Shown here piece after piece: positions 12,500 through 22,313 of a stretch of 64,000 bases of DNA. Position 1 is the stretch's first letter; each line of letters starts with the position of its first letter. The DNA is from an uncultured delta proteobacterium (GTDB lineage Bacteria > Myxococcota > Kuafuiibacteriia > Kuafuiibacteriales > Kuafuiibacteriaceae): assembly GCA_963803435.1 (NCBI GenBank), contig CAWDML010000001.1, forward strand, positions 1,152,001 to 1,216,000, written 5' to 3'. Made by a program: the position numbers and the translations under genes. Below the pieces are notes generated by a model. That model did no database searches. It saw only the letters and a program-made list of their open reading frames with translations, and was not told the DNA's origin.

Positions 12500-13624
12500 A
12501 TGAACTGCCCCGCCTGCGATGAAAGGATCAGTGACAGCGCCTGGATATGCCCGCACTGCGAGCACATCCTCGACGCCTCCTTTCTCGGTAACGACATCAC
12601 CAACGAGGTCGGGTGGGCCGAAGCGCCGGTCGCCCTCGATCCCCCCACCGACGGGCTCGACGTCGATCAACAGATGATCGTGGAGAGCCTCGACGACGAT
12701 GTGCTGGATGCGCCCACGGACGACATCGCGCTGGTCCGGGAGGTGCCCTCGCTGGGTCTGCCGAAACACCCCGACGACAAGATCGACACGAAGCCGCTCC
12801 CGGAGGAGGTTCTTCCGACCTCCGGTCTCAAGCCGCTCGATCCCTCGCTGCTCCAGGAGATCGAGGCGCCGATCGCCGCGGTCGAGCCGGCGCCCATGAT
12901 CATCGTGGAGCCGAAGAAGCGCGGGCTGCCGCCGGTGCGGCGGAGCGAGGGCGCGGACGACGACTCGAAGAAGCGGGAAGCGCTGGCGCGTGCGATGGCG
13001 CGAGGCGCCGCGATGGAGCGCCGGCGGAGCGTGGTGGACGAGGACAAGCCGGCGGTGACGCCCACCCCGCCCGCGTGGCCGGAGGAGCGGCGCGACGTGG
13101 AGGTCATCATCCGCTCCTCGAAGGCGGAGAAGATCTTTCAGCAGGCGCTCGAGGACATGGAGTCGGGCAACCTGGTCTCGGCGCGCACGAACCTCAAGCT
13201 GGCGCTGACGTTCGATCCCGGCAACGACCGCTATCAAGCGAGGCTCGACGAGATCGAGCAGGACCTGGGGCCCTCGCCGTCGCAGGATCTCGAGGAGATC
13301 CCGAGGGGGACACAGTTCGCGAATCAGTTCTACGAGAAGGCGATCGAGCAGGAGAACCAGGGCAACCTCGACGACGCCATCCACAGCCTCGAGAAGGCGA
13401 TCCGCGCCGATCCGCAGGGCGTCTATTACCACCGCCTCGGCAGCATCCTCGCGTTTCGTCAGGGGAAGCTGAAGGAGGGGCGGACGATGGTCGACAAGGC
13501 GATCCAGCGCTCGCCTCGCAACAAGAACTATCAGAAGACGCTCAGCCGGATCCTCGACAAGATGAACGGTTCGGACGACCGCAAGAGCGTCGGCATGCTC
13601 GGCGGGCTGCTCAAGCGGAAGTAG
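12500..13624 (+). CDS. Zinc-ribbon + TPR domain protein
   Basis: MNCPACD...CPHCE N-terminal Zn ribbon; C-terminal TPR helices (ARTNLKLALTFDP, AIHSLEKAIRADP). Confidence 0.8.
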   Translation: MNCPACDERISDSAWICPHCEHILDASFLGNDITNEVGWAEAPVALDPPTDGLDVDQQMIVESLDDDVLDAPTDDIALVREVPSLGLPKHPDDKIDTKPLPEEVLPTSGLKPLDPSLLQEIEAPIAAVEPAPMIIVEPKKRGLPPVRRSEGADDDSKKREALARAMARGAAMERRRSVVDEDKPAVTPTPPAWPEERRDVEVIIRSSKAEKIFQQALEDMESGNLVSARTNLKLALTFDPGNDRYQARLDEIEQDLGPSPSQDLEEIPRGTQFANQFYEKAIEQENQGNLDDAIHSLEKAIRADPQGVYYHRLGSILAFRQGKLKEGRTMVDKAIQRSPRNKNYQKTLSRILDKMNGSDDRKSVGMLGGLLKRK

Positions 13625-14234
13625 CGGTCGCGACCAGCGCCCTTCGTCCGGTGGCCGAGCCGCTCCGATCCTTCTCGACCTCCACCATGATTCCGCGACT
13701 GCGGCGAGAGAGCACCAGCTTGAGCGCCGCGGAGGTGACCCGGGCGGCCGCGGGCGGATCGAGCACCAGGAGCATCGACACCGGCTGTCCCTCGAGAGAG
13801 GTCTGCAGGCGACGCACGCGGCTGGGCGTGAGGAGGCTGTCGAGGCCGCTGGCCACGACCAGGCCGAAGGCACCCGAGCTCACGATCTGCTCGGCGGCAT
13901 AGACCACGCGTTCGTCCTCGCTCCTCACCATCAGCACGCGGGCGAGATCGACCCCGGCGGCGGCCAGGGCCGGCGGATAGAGCGTGCCCTTGGCGTCGAC
14001 CCACGCGAGGGGGCGGCCCGCCTTCGTCTCCTCGGCGGCGAGCTGGGCGGCGAGCGTCAGCCGGCCGGCTCCGCGGGCGCCGGTCAGCACGGTGAGGGCC
14101 CCCTTGGGCACGCCCCCGCCGAGGAGGCGATCGAGCGGATCGAAGCCGCTCTTCTTGGCCTCCCGCTCGCCGTAGAAGGGCGCCGTCCGGGAGAGATATT
14201 GCCGGAGCGCCTCGACTGTCGCCGCCGTCTGCAT
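13611..14234 (-). CDS. imuA: ImuA, RecA-like inactive ATPase of SOS mutagenesis
   Basis: SGFDPLDRLLGGGVPKGALTVLTGARGAGRLTL (Walker A K->R), AWVD...LYPPALAAAGVDLARVL, RRLQ; LexA-like box upstream. Confidence 0.75.
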   Translation of the reverse strand: MQTAATVEALRQYLSRTAPFYGEREAKKSGFDPLDRLLGGGVPKGALTVLTGARGAGRLTLAAQLAAEETKAGRPLAWVDAKGTLYPPALAAAGVDLARVLMVRSEDERVVYAAEQIVSSGAFGLVVASGLDSLLTPSRVRRLQTSLEGQPVSMLLVLDPPAAARVTSAALKLVLSRRSRGIMVEVEKDRSGSATGRRALVATATSA

Positions 14235-14243
14235 CCTGAACAT

Positions 14244-14267
14244 TATACTGATATTTTGTTCAGTATA
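14244..14267. promoter_or_regulatory. LexA (SOS) box overlapping the imuA promoter
   Basis: Palindrome TATACTG-N10-CAGTATA (core CTGATATTTTGTTCAG, 14248-14263) with the GTTCAG half-site of myxobacterial LexA boxes; TATAAT on the - strand 7 nt before ATG 14234. Confidence 0.75.
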
Positions 14268-14274
14268 CACGGTC

Positions 14275-14305
14275 AAAAAAAAGGCCCCGGCATCGGCCGG
14301 GGCCT
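14275..14305 (-). terminator. Rho-independent terminator
   Basis: - strand AGGCCCCGGC-CGAT-GCCGGGGCCT 10-bp stem followed by a T run. Confidence 0.85.
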
Positions 14306-14418
14306 GCAGTCGAGCCATCCGTCGAGCGAGTCCCTCGTCTCTAATGGGTTCCCAAGGCTGTGTCAAGCAGTAACACAACATCTGGGAGCGAGCGCCCTCA
14401 TGCCCTACCAGATGTAGA

Positions 14419-15918
14419 TCAAGTTGGGGCCCGGCCCTGACCGACGTAGATCCGCAGCTTCTGCCCCACCCGGAGCGTGGCCCGCTTCCAGAGCCCGTTC
14501 CACAGCCGGAGCTTCTTCAGGCTCACCCGGTACTTCCGGGCGATCCGCCACAGCGAGTCGCCGGAGCGCACCCGATAGACGATCAGCTGCTGCCCCTCCG
14601 GACGGTACCGGCCCGGACGAACCCGCTCCCTCGGCGGGGTCTCGATCGGAACCTGCTCCGCCTGGATCAGCGGCACCGGGACCACCAGCTCGTCGAAGTC
14701 GTGGAGCTGGCTCTCGGTGATCTTGTTGAAGGTCAGGATCGCCTCGGGCGTCGTGTGGAAGCGCTGGGCGATCACGGTCGGCGAGTCCTTTCGCTGGACG
14801 CCGCACCAGCGATACGTCATCCGCTCCGCCGGGGGGATCGACGACAGACCCTTCTCGCAAGTCGACTTGCGGCCGGAGGGGACGCGCAGCGGATACGCTC
14901 GGCCCGGGGGCGTCACCTGCGCCCGCAGCGCCGGGTTCAAGGCTTCGATCGCCGACGCGTCCTCGAGCCCGCACGCCCGCGCGATCGTCTTCAGATCCGT
15001 CGCCACGGTCACCGTCAGCACGTCCCACGACAGCGGCGGGAGATAGAGGACGTCTCCGAACCCATAGCGGTCCGGCTGCTTCGCGATCTTCGCCGCCGCC
15101 AGCAGCTTCGGCACGTAGTGGCTGGTCTCGCGGCGCAACAGCCAGCTCCGGGACAGGCGCCAGAAGTCGCGCGTGCGCAGCCGCTGGATCGCGCGCTCCA
15201 CCTTCCGGGCTCCCGCGTTGTAGGCGGCCCACGCGAGATACCAGTCCCCGAAGTATTCATGGAGGTGGCGGAGGTAGCGGGCCGCTGCGTCGGTGGCGCG
15301 CTCGAAGTCGCGCCGCTCGTCGATCCAGAAGCCGATCTCGAGGCCGTAGTCACGGCCGGTCGCAGGGACGAACTGCCAGGGACCGGCGGCGTGCGCCCAC
15401 GAGTAGGCGTTCGGCGAGAACCCGCTCTCGATCATCGAGAGGAAGATCAGATCGCGCGGGAGCCCGTACTGATCCAGGATCTTCCAGAAGATCGGAACGT
15501 AGCGCGTGGAGCGGCCGAGCCACTTCTCGTACCAGTCGCGCCCGCGCCCGGTGAGGAAGTCGACCCACTGGTCGACGCGCTCGTCCTCCACCATCGGGAT
15601 GTCGAAGGAGACCGTCCCCGTCATCGCGAGGATCGGCGGCACCCTGATCCCGCCGTCGAGCAGCGGCTCGTCCTCCTCGACGTGGCTGAAGAACGAGGCG
15701 TCGAACGCGTCGCTCGAGCTGGCCACACCCAGCCGCTCCTCGGTGCCGAGCAGCGCGGCCAGCCTGGACGGAGGCGCCCACCCGCCGGGGACCAACTCGG
15801 GCTGGGGGAGGGACCGAAAGACCTCGCGCGCACGCGCACGATCGTCGCTGGGACGATGGACGCACCCTGACACGCTCCCGATCGCGATCAGGAGCGAGAT
15901 CGCTCGCTCAACCTTCAC
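14419..15918 (-). CDS. mltD: Lytic murein transglycosylase with SLT + LysM domains (MltD-like lipoprotein)
   Basis: LSMIESGF, AAGPWQF, DERRD, LAWAAYNAG, ETSHYVPK; LysM YRVRSGDSLWRIARKY; lipobox VSGC. Confidence 0.88.
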   Translation of the reverse strand: MKVERAISLLIAIGSVSGCVHRPSDDRARAREVFRSLPQPELVPGGWAPPSRLAALLGTEERLGVASSSDAFDASFFSHVEEDEPLLDGGIRVPPILAMTGTVSFDIPMVEDERVDQWVDFLTGRGRDWYEKWLGRSTRYVPIFWKILDQYGLPRDLIFLSMIESGFSPNAYSWAHAAGPWQFVPATGRDYGLEIGFWIDERRDFERATDAAARYLRHLHEYFGDWYLAWAAYNAGARKVERAIQRLRTRDFWRLSRSWLLRRETSHYVPKLLAAAKIAKQPDRYGFGDVLYLPPLSWDVLTVTVATDLKTIARACGLEDASAIEALNPALRAQVTPPGRAYPLRVPSGRKSTCEKGLSSIPPAERMTYRWCGVQRKDSPTVIAQRFHTTPEAILTFNKITESQLHDFDELVVPVPLIQAEQVPIETPPRERVRPGRYRPEGQQLIVYRVRSGDSLWRIARKYRVSLKKLRLWNGLWKRATLRVGQKLRIYVGQGRAPT

Positions 15919-17515
15919 CCAGCTCGTGCCCCGGACCCGTGATCTCTTTCAGGTACTTCTCGTAGCGGAAGGCGTCGCTGTGCTCCGGCACGTGACACTG
16001 CGCGGTACAGGTCGACTCGGGTGCCTTCAGGATGATCGAGCTGGCGTCCTGATCCTTGGCGTGGATGCTGCCCGGCCCGTGGCAGTTCTCGCAGCCGACG
16101 TCCTCGCGGCCGCTCACGTCCTTGAGCCGACAGAAGCCCCCCGGCTTCTGGTACCCGACGGTGTGGCAGCCGATGCACGTCAGATCGAAGTGCTTGTTCT
16201 GATGCTCGAGCGTCGCCCAGGCGGTCGCGTGCTTGGTCTTCTTCCAGAAAGTGTACTCGTCCTCGTGGCACTCCACGCAACGCTCGGTCCCCACGTAGAT
16301 CGCCGCCTTCGGATCCTTCGCGACGCACCTCCCCGGATCGCCCTTCTCGGCGTTCATCGCCACCAGCTGCGCATAGTATCCCTCGAGGAGCTTGGTCATC
16401 TCCTCGTTCGCCTCGATATCGGTCGTCAGCCGCACCAGATCGATCCGGATGTGCGGCTTCGAGGGGGCGGACATCTCCGCCACCGGTTGATCGAGCTCCT
16501 TCTGGAGCGACTCGATCTGCGCCTTGCGCCCCTTCACGGCCGCCGCCTTGGCCGGATCGGCGCCCCAGGCCTCTACCTCCATCGAGTAGGCCTTGATCTT
16601 GCGCTCGACGAGGCGGCGTCGCTTCAGCTCGCGGTCGCCCCCGTCGTCGAGGTACAGCGGCCGCGTCGGCGGGCTCTCGCCCAGCATGATCGTCATGCGT
16701 CCGACGTGCTGTCCCTGACTCCCGGCCTCCGCGATGATCACGTCGCCCACCCGCGCGGGCGCCTTGGGGTCGTGCTCGATCGGCGTTCCCGGGGCACGGA
16801 TGATCACGTCGATGTCGGGGACCGCGCGGGCCAGCTCGCGGGCGCCTGCCTCGCCGATGTGGGCGAGCACGACCACGATCTCCGCGCCGCGATCCCGGAG
16901 CACCTTCACCTCGCCCCGGACCGCAGGGGCGTACTCGATCACGGTGACCGCGTCCTGATGGGCGCTCAGCTTCTCGGGAGTCGCCGCGCCGGTGATGCCG
17001 ATCTTGATACCGCCAACGTTGCGGAGGAAGGAGCGCGCGACGGCCGCGCCACCGTTGACCGGGCGAACGTTGGCGGAGACGAACGGGACGGCGCCCTCGC
17101 GCTGGAGCTCCTTGAGGAAGTCGCCGCCCTGCGTGAGGTCGGACTCCGCGAGGTTGAGCGCCACCGCGCCGAGCTGCCGGTAGACGCGGGCAAGCACGCG
17201 CGCCTTGAGGACGTGTTGCTCCCGGGTCACGTCGTCGACCCCGCTCGAAGGGAAGAGCAGGTTGCCGGCGTCCACCACGATCCGATCGGCGCGGCCGCGC
17301 TCGACCACCGTGGCGAGTCGCTGCACGCCGCCGAGCGGGGTGGTGGTGCAGCCGCACGGCTCGACGAAGCCGCTGACTTCGGTGGAGAAGTAGACCTCCG
17401 CGATGCGCGCCGGCTCCCATGAGCCCGAGTGGACCCGGACCACCTCGCCCTTGCGGTCGCCGTTCTTGCACGCACCCAGCGCCAGCGCCGCGAGGATCAG
17501 GAAGTGTCCCCTCAT
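15908..17515 (-). CDS. Lipoprotein: UshA/5'-nucleotidase-like fold fused to a tetraheme cytochrome c domain
   Basis: LALGAC lipobox; EPCGC..PLGG, VDAGN, PFVSANV; heme motifs CVECH, CIGCH, CENCHGPG, CTAQCH. Confidence 0.82.
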   Translation of the reverse strand: MRGHFLILAALALGACKNGDRKGEVVRVHSGSWEPARIAEVYFSTEVSGFVEPCGCTTTPLGGVQRLATVVERGRADRIVVDAGNLLFPSSGVDDVTREQHVLKARVLARVYRQLGAVALNLAESDLTQGGDFLKELQREGAVPFVSANVRPVNGGAAVARSFLRNVGGIKIGITGAATPEKLSAHQDAVTVIEYAPAVRGEVKVLRDRGAEIVVVLAHIGEAGARELARAVPDIDVIIRAPGTPIEHDPKAPARVGDVIIAEAGSQGQHVGRMTIMLGESPPTRPLYLDDGGDRELKRRRLVERKIKAYSMEVEAWGADPAKAAAVKGRKAQIESLQKELDQPVAEMSAPSKPHIRIDLVRLTTDIEANEEMTKLLEGYYAQLVAMNAEKGDPGRCVAKDPKAAIYVGTERCVECHEDEYTFWKKTKHATAWATLEHQNKHFDLTCIGCHTVGYQKPGGFCRLKDVSGREDVGCENCHGPGSIHAKDQDASSIILKAPESTCTAQCHVPEHSDAFRYEKYLKEITGPGHELGEG

Positions 17516-17562
17516 CGCCCTAGATCCTTGCAGAAAGCCGCGAAACCCGCGAGACACGGACC

Positions 17563-18603
17563 GTGCCCCGGGGGACGCTCTTGCTCTTGCTCTTGCTCGC
17601 GGCCTGTCGCATCGAAATCGGGCCCCCGGAGCGACCCGCCCGCGACAACACCGACGAGGCAGAAAAACCTTCCGGCAAGGTCACCATCTATACCTCCATG
17701 TACCGCCCGGTGATCGAGGAGATCGAGCCCCTCCTCGCCCGCGCTCTGCCGGGGGTGCAGGTGGAGTGGCTTCAGGCCGGGAGCGAGAAGATCGCGACCC
17801 GTCTGGACGCAGAGCTCGCCGCTGGCGCCCCCCGCGCCGACCTGGTCATGACCTCCGACCCGCTCTGGTACGACCGATTGTGGCGCGAAGGTCATCTCTT
17901 GCCGCACGCCTCACTCCGAGCGCTGGCCTTGCCCCGGGAGCTGGTCCACCCCGAGGGGGGCTTCGCGACCTCGCGGATCTCGACCATGGTGATTGCCTAC
18001 AACGAGCGCGCGGTGAAGCCCGAAGATGCGCCGAAGAGCTTCGCCGAGCTGTTCTCGGACCGGTGGGCCGGCAAGGTGACGATCCCGGATCCGCTCGGCT
18101 CCGGAACCACTTTCACGACGCTGGCATTCCTGGTGGCGCGCGAGGGTGAAGGGATCATCGATCGGATGCGGGCGGCCCGGACGATCGCCTCCGGCGGGAA
18201 CTCGACAGCGATGACACGCCTCGAGTCCGGCGAGCACGACGTGGGCTTCGTGTTGCTCGAGAACGTGCTGATGGCGAAGCAGGCCGGCTCACCGATCGGG
18301 TTCACGATCCCCGAGGAAGGCGCGGTGTTGATCCCGGGACCGATCGCGATCTTGAAGAAGACCGCGAACCCACGGGCCGCGCGCGCGGTCTACGACTTCC
18401 TGCTCTCCCCCGAGGCGCAGGAGAAGATCGTGCACGGCTGGATGCACTCCCCCTTCTCAGGCGTGGCCCCGCCCCCGGGTGCGCCGGCGATCGAGAAGCT
18501 GCTCGAGACCCAGTACCGCTGGACACCCGAGTTCGTGAGGAGCGCCTCGGACGGCGCCCACGCGATCCGCAAGCGCTTCTCCGAGGTCATGGGGGGCTCT
18601 TGA
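17563..18603 (+). CDS. ABC transporter substrate-binding lipoprotein (Fe3+/AfuA-like)
   Basis: LLAAC lipobox; VTIYTS, ADLVMTSD, PDPLGSGT, YDFLLSPEAQ. Confidence 0.88.
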   Translation: MPRGTLLLLLLLAACRIEIGPPERPARDNTDEAEKPSGKVTIYTSMYRPVIEEIEPLLARALPGVQVEWLQAGSEKIATRLDAELAAGAPRADLVMTSDPLWYDRLWREGHLLPHASLRALALPRELVHPEGGFATSRISTMVIAYNERAVKPEDAPKSFAELFSDRWAGKVTIPDPLGSGTTFTTLAFLVAREGEGIIDRMRAARTIASGGNSTAMTRLESGEHDVGFVLLENVLMAKQAGSPIGFTIPEEGAVLIPGPIAILKKTANPRAARAVYDFLLSPEAQEKIVHGWMHSPFSGVAPPPGAPAIEKLLETQYRWTPEFVRSASDGAHAIRKRFSEVMGGS

Positions 18604-20264
18604 GCAAGAAGCTCGGCTGGAGCTGGACGGCGGTGCTGGCGCTGACCGCCGGTGCGCTGATCGCGTTCGCCTTCGCACCGCTCCTCATGGTGCTTCGCTC
18701 GGGCGTGGGACGCCCCGTGCTCGACGAGCTGGCCGACCCGGCGGCCCGCGCGGCCTGGAAGAACACGCTGGCGCTCGCGGTGCTGGTCACTGCGACGGCG
18801 GTGCCTGCCGGGACGCTGCTGGCCTGGGTGATCGAGCGGACCGATCTGCTCGCCTCCGAGCGGGCGCGCGGGCGCCTCACCGCGCTGCTCTCGCTCCCGC
18901 TGGCGGTCCCGCCCTACCTCCTGGCGATGAGCTGGGCGCTGCTCGGCAATGGACGGAACGGGCTTCTCAATCGGATCTCGGGCGGGACGTGGATCGACCT
19001 CTACGGGCTCGACGGCGTGGTCCTGGTGCTGGCGAGTGCCTCGTATCCCTTCTCGTTGCTGTCGGTGCGGGCGGCGCTCCGTCGCGCCGATCCCTCGCTC
19101 GAGGAGGCCGCACGGGTCAGCGGTGCGGGCCCGCTCCAGGTGCTGTTTCACGTGACCCTGCCGCTGGTCCTGCCCGCGGTGGCGGCATCGGCGGGCCTGG
19201 TGTTCGTGTTTGCCACAGCGGCGTTCGGGGTGCCGTACCTCCTGGGGTCCGTGGCCGAGCCGCCCGTGATGTTCCTGACGACACGGATCTATCGCTACAC
19301 CACGCTGGGAGGCGCGGGGACGCTCGAGCACGCCGCCGCGCTGGCGATTCTGCTCCTGGCGACGTCGGTGGGGGCTCAGGCCCTTGCAAGCTGGGTTGCG
19401 AAGCGACGGTCGACGGTGCAGGTCTCCGGCAAGAGCGCACGGCCCTCGCTGGTGCGGCTGGGGCGGCTGGCGACGCCCGCTCGCGGAGGGGTGGCGGCGT
19501 TCGCGCTGGTCCTGATCGCGATGCCACTGGCCACCATCGCCTTCACCTCGTTCTCGGCGACGTTCGCGGATCCGACGGACCTGACGCTCGCGCACTGGCG
19601 CTCGGTGCTGGCGCGGGAGGAGACGCTGCGGTCCTTCTTCCACTCGATCGTGCTGGCGGTGGGCGCCGGCGCGATCGTGGCGCTCCTGGGGCTGGTGCTG
19701 GCGAGGCTCGCCTCCACCGGAAGCCGGAGCGGACGCGCGCTGGCATCGCTGGCTTCGTCGCCGTACGCGGTCCCCGGCACGGTGCTCGCGATCGGTCTCA
19801 TCATCGCGTTCGCGTCCGAGTACCGGCTGATCGTGCTCGATCGGATCACGTTCGCGCTCTATCTCCCTGGCACGCTAGCGCTGCTCCTGATCGCGTATGC
19901 GGTGAAGTATCTGGCGTTCGGGGTCCGGGGAGCGCGGGCCGCGCTGGCGCAGATCCATCCGTCGCTCGAGGAGGCGGCGCGCACGTCCGGTGCAGGCTCC
20001 ATGCGGGCGGCGATCGACGTGATCCTGCCGCTGGTGTCGCCGAGCATCGCGGCTGCCTTCCTCCTGGTGGCCCTGCCCTGCCTCTCGGAGCTGACCATGA
20101 GCGTCCTCCTCTTCGGTGCGGGCACCGAGACCGCCGGGACGCTCCTGTTCGAGCTGCAGAGCTACGCAAACCCGCCGGCGGCCAGTGTGGTGGCGACGCT
20201 GGTCGTGCTGATCGCGCTCGCCGGAGACGCGATGGCGCGCCGGCTCCAAGGTGATCGCCCATGA
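18600..20264 (+). CDS. ABC transporter permease (FbpB-like, duplicated)
   Basis: Two EAA motifs (DPSLEEAARVSGAG, HPSLEEAARTSGAG); many TM helices. Confidence 0.9.
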   Translation: MSKKLGWSWTAVLALTAGALIAFAFAPLLMVLRSGVGRPVLDELADPAARAAWKNTLALAVLVTATAVPAGTLLAWVIERTDLLASERARGRLTALLSLPLAVPPYLLAMSWALLGNGRNGLLNRISGGTWIDLYGLDGVVLVLASASYPFSLLSVRAALRRADPSLEEAARVSGAGPLQVLFHVTLPLVLPAVAASAGLVFVFATAAFGVPYLLGSVAEPPVMFLTTRIYRYTTLGGAGTLEHAAALAILLLATSVGAQALASWVAKRRSTVQVSGKSARPSLVRLGRLATPARGGVAAFALVLIAMPLATIAFTSFSATFADPTDLTLAHWRSVLAREETLRSFFHSIVLAVGAGAIVALLGLVLARLASTGSRSGRALASLASSPYAVPGTVLAIGLIIAFASEYRLIVLDRITFALYLPGTLALLLIAYAVKYLAFGVRGARAALAQIHPSLEEAARTSGAGSMRAAIDVILPLVSPSIAAAFLLVALPCLSELTMSVLLFGAGTETAGTLLFELQSYANPPAASVVATLVVLIALAGDAMARRLQGDRP

Positions 20265-21286
20265 GCGCGTCGATCCGGGGGCTGGTGAAGACGTTCGGTG
20301 AGCACCGCGTGGTGCGCGGGCTCGAGCTCGAGCTCGGCGCCGGCGAGATCGTCGCGCTCCTAGGACCGTCGGGCTGCGGAAAGACCACCGCGCTGCGCAT
20401 GGTGGCCGGGCTCGAGACCCCGGACGCCGGCGAGATCCGGATCGCCGACCGCACGGTCTTCAGCGCCGCGATCGACCTGGCGCCGGAGGCGCGCCACGTC
20501 GGGATGGTCTTCCAGTCGTACGCCGTCTGGCCGCACCGCTCGGTGCTGGAAAACGTCGCCTATCCGCTGCGACTCCAGAAGGATCGCGAGGCCGAGCGGA
20601 AGGCGAGAGATGCGCTGGCGCTGGTGCAGCTGGACGAGCTCGGGGACCGCTTCCCCGGGACGCTCTCGGGCGGCCAACAGCAGCGGGTCGCGCTGGCCCG
20701 CGCGCTGGTGGCGCATCCCTCGCTGCTGTTGTTCGACGAGCCGCTCTCGAACCTCGACGCCAAGCTCCGCGAGGAGATGCGACACGAGATCCGCCAGCTC
20801 GCCAAGAGCATCGGGATCACCTCGCTGTACGTCACGCACGATCAACCGGAGGCGTTCGCCGTCAGCGATCGGGTCGCGGTCGTGCTCGCGGGCGTGATCG
20901 CGCAGTGCGCGCCGCCGGAGGAGATCTACGCGCGGCCGATCGATCTCACGGTGGCCCGCTTCGTGGGACGGCTCAGCGTTCTTCGGGGGATCGAACGGTC
21001 GGGTGAGCGCGAGGTGACGCTCGACGGCGTCCACATCCCGACCAGCTTCGCCGCCACCTCCGGCGAGCTGGTCCTGGGCGTTCGACCGGAGGCCGTCGAC
21101 ACGAGCGACCGCGGGCTCGAGGGCACGATCCGACGGGCGACCTTCCTCGGCGAGCGGACGGAGATCGCCGTCGAGACCGTACACGGTGAGATCCGCGCCG
21201 ACGTCCCCGCCTCACGAGAAGCCCGCGCGGGTGATCGCGTCCACCTCCTCATCCGCGAGGGTCGCGTCTACGGCGCGCCCGGGTGA
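20261..21286 (+). CDS. ABC transporter ATP-binding protein (FbpC/PotA-like)
   Basis: GPSGCGKT, LSGGQQQRVALARA, FDEPLSNLD, YVTHDQ; TOBE-like C-terminus. Confidence 0.93.
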   Translation: MSASIRGLVKTFGEHRVVRGLELELGAGEIVALLGPSGCGKTTALRMVAGLETPDAGEIRIADRTVFSAAIDLAPEARHVGMVFQSYAVWPHRSVLENVAYPLRLQKDREAERKARDALALVQLDELGDRFPGTLSGGQQQRVALARALVAHPSLLLFDEPLSNLDAKLREEMRHEIRQLAKSIGITSLYVTHDQPEAFAVSDRVAVVLAGVIAQCAPPEEIYARPIDLTVARFVGRLSVLRGIERSGEREVTLDGVHIPTSFAATSGELVLGVRPEAVDTSDRGLEGTIRRATFLGERTEIAVETVHGEIRADVPASREARAGDRVHLLIREGRVYGAPG

Positions 21287-21295
21287 GCCGGGAGC

Positions 21296-22313
21296 TCAGT
21301 CGCCGTTCGGGCCCGCTAGTCCGCACAGCTCGTCGATGCGCCCGTTCTCTCCGCGCAGCCGCTCGGCGAAGGCCAGCGGCGCCGGGCTCAAGAGGTCCCG
21401 GGCGAAGAGGGTCGCTCCGATCACCGGCTCGAGGTGGAGCCGGATGACGTGGGCCTCGTTGACGGTGTTGCGGAATCCGCCGCTCGACCGCCTCGACCAG
21501 GAGGTCGTGGCCCACCGTCTGGAACATCGCGCCACCCAGCACGACGATCGCGTTCGAGCCCCGGAGCACCAGCGTGCGCATGACCGCGGCGGCGGCAGCG
21601 CCCAGGCGCGCCCCCGTATCCTCGATGATGCGCAGCGCCAGGCCGTCGCCCTCGCGCGCTTGCTCGAAGAGGCACTGGACCACCCGGCGGATCACCGGCT
21701 CCGGGATGACGCCGCGGACCAGGTGGCGCGGGATCTCCTCCGCGGTCTCGACGCCGATCGCGCGCGGGACGCTGTCGGCGAGAGCCGAGGGGCCGGTACG
21801 GCCGTCGCTGGCCATCCAAGCGCCTCCGATCGCGCGCATCGCCAGATCTTCGGCGTAGCCGACATCGCCGGAGATCGCGCCCATCCCGCCGACCTGATGG
21901 CGGCGACCGTAGCGATCGCGACCCACGCAGTTGGTGCCCGTGCCCGCGATCAGCCCCACGCCCACCGCGTCCTTGGTGACCGCGCGGAGGACCAGCAGGG
22001 CGTCGTTCTCGACGAAGCGGCGCTCGACGGGTACCGCCTGCGCCACCATGGACTGGACGATCGTCATCTCGGGCGTGCGATCGGCTCCGGCGATCCCGAA
22101 CGCGGCGGCGGTGATGTCCCGGAGGTCCGCGCCAGCGCGCCGGAGCGCGACCTCGACCGCGGCGCGAAGCTCGGCCGCGGCGGCAGTGCGGCCGATGCTC
22201 TGGTAGTTCGATCCGCCGGCGCGACCCGCCGCGATCACGTGGCCGCCGCCGTCGGCGATCATGGCGACCGTCTTGGTGCCGCCACCGTCGACCCCGAGGA
22301 ACAGCTCGCTCAT
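21296..22313 (-). CDS. BadF/BadG-family sugar (GlcNAc-type) kinase; apparent +1 frameshift at ~21475
   Basis: MSELFLGVDGGGTKT, VENDA, IAGTGTN. Removing one base at GAATC 21473-21477 restores the C-terminus ...IRNTVNEAHVIRLHLEPVIGA. Confidence 0.8.

Noticed and set aside
14235-14381. N-terminal extension of imuA to 14381
   Set aside because: It would run through a terminator, a LexA box and a promoter; ATG 14234 (or 14243) is more plausible.
17347-17362. Possible selenocysteine in the EPCGC motif
   Set aside because: Both codons are TGC (Cys); there is no in-frame TGA.
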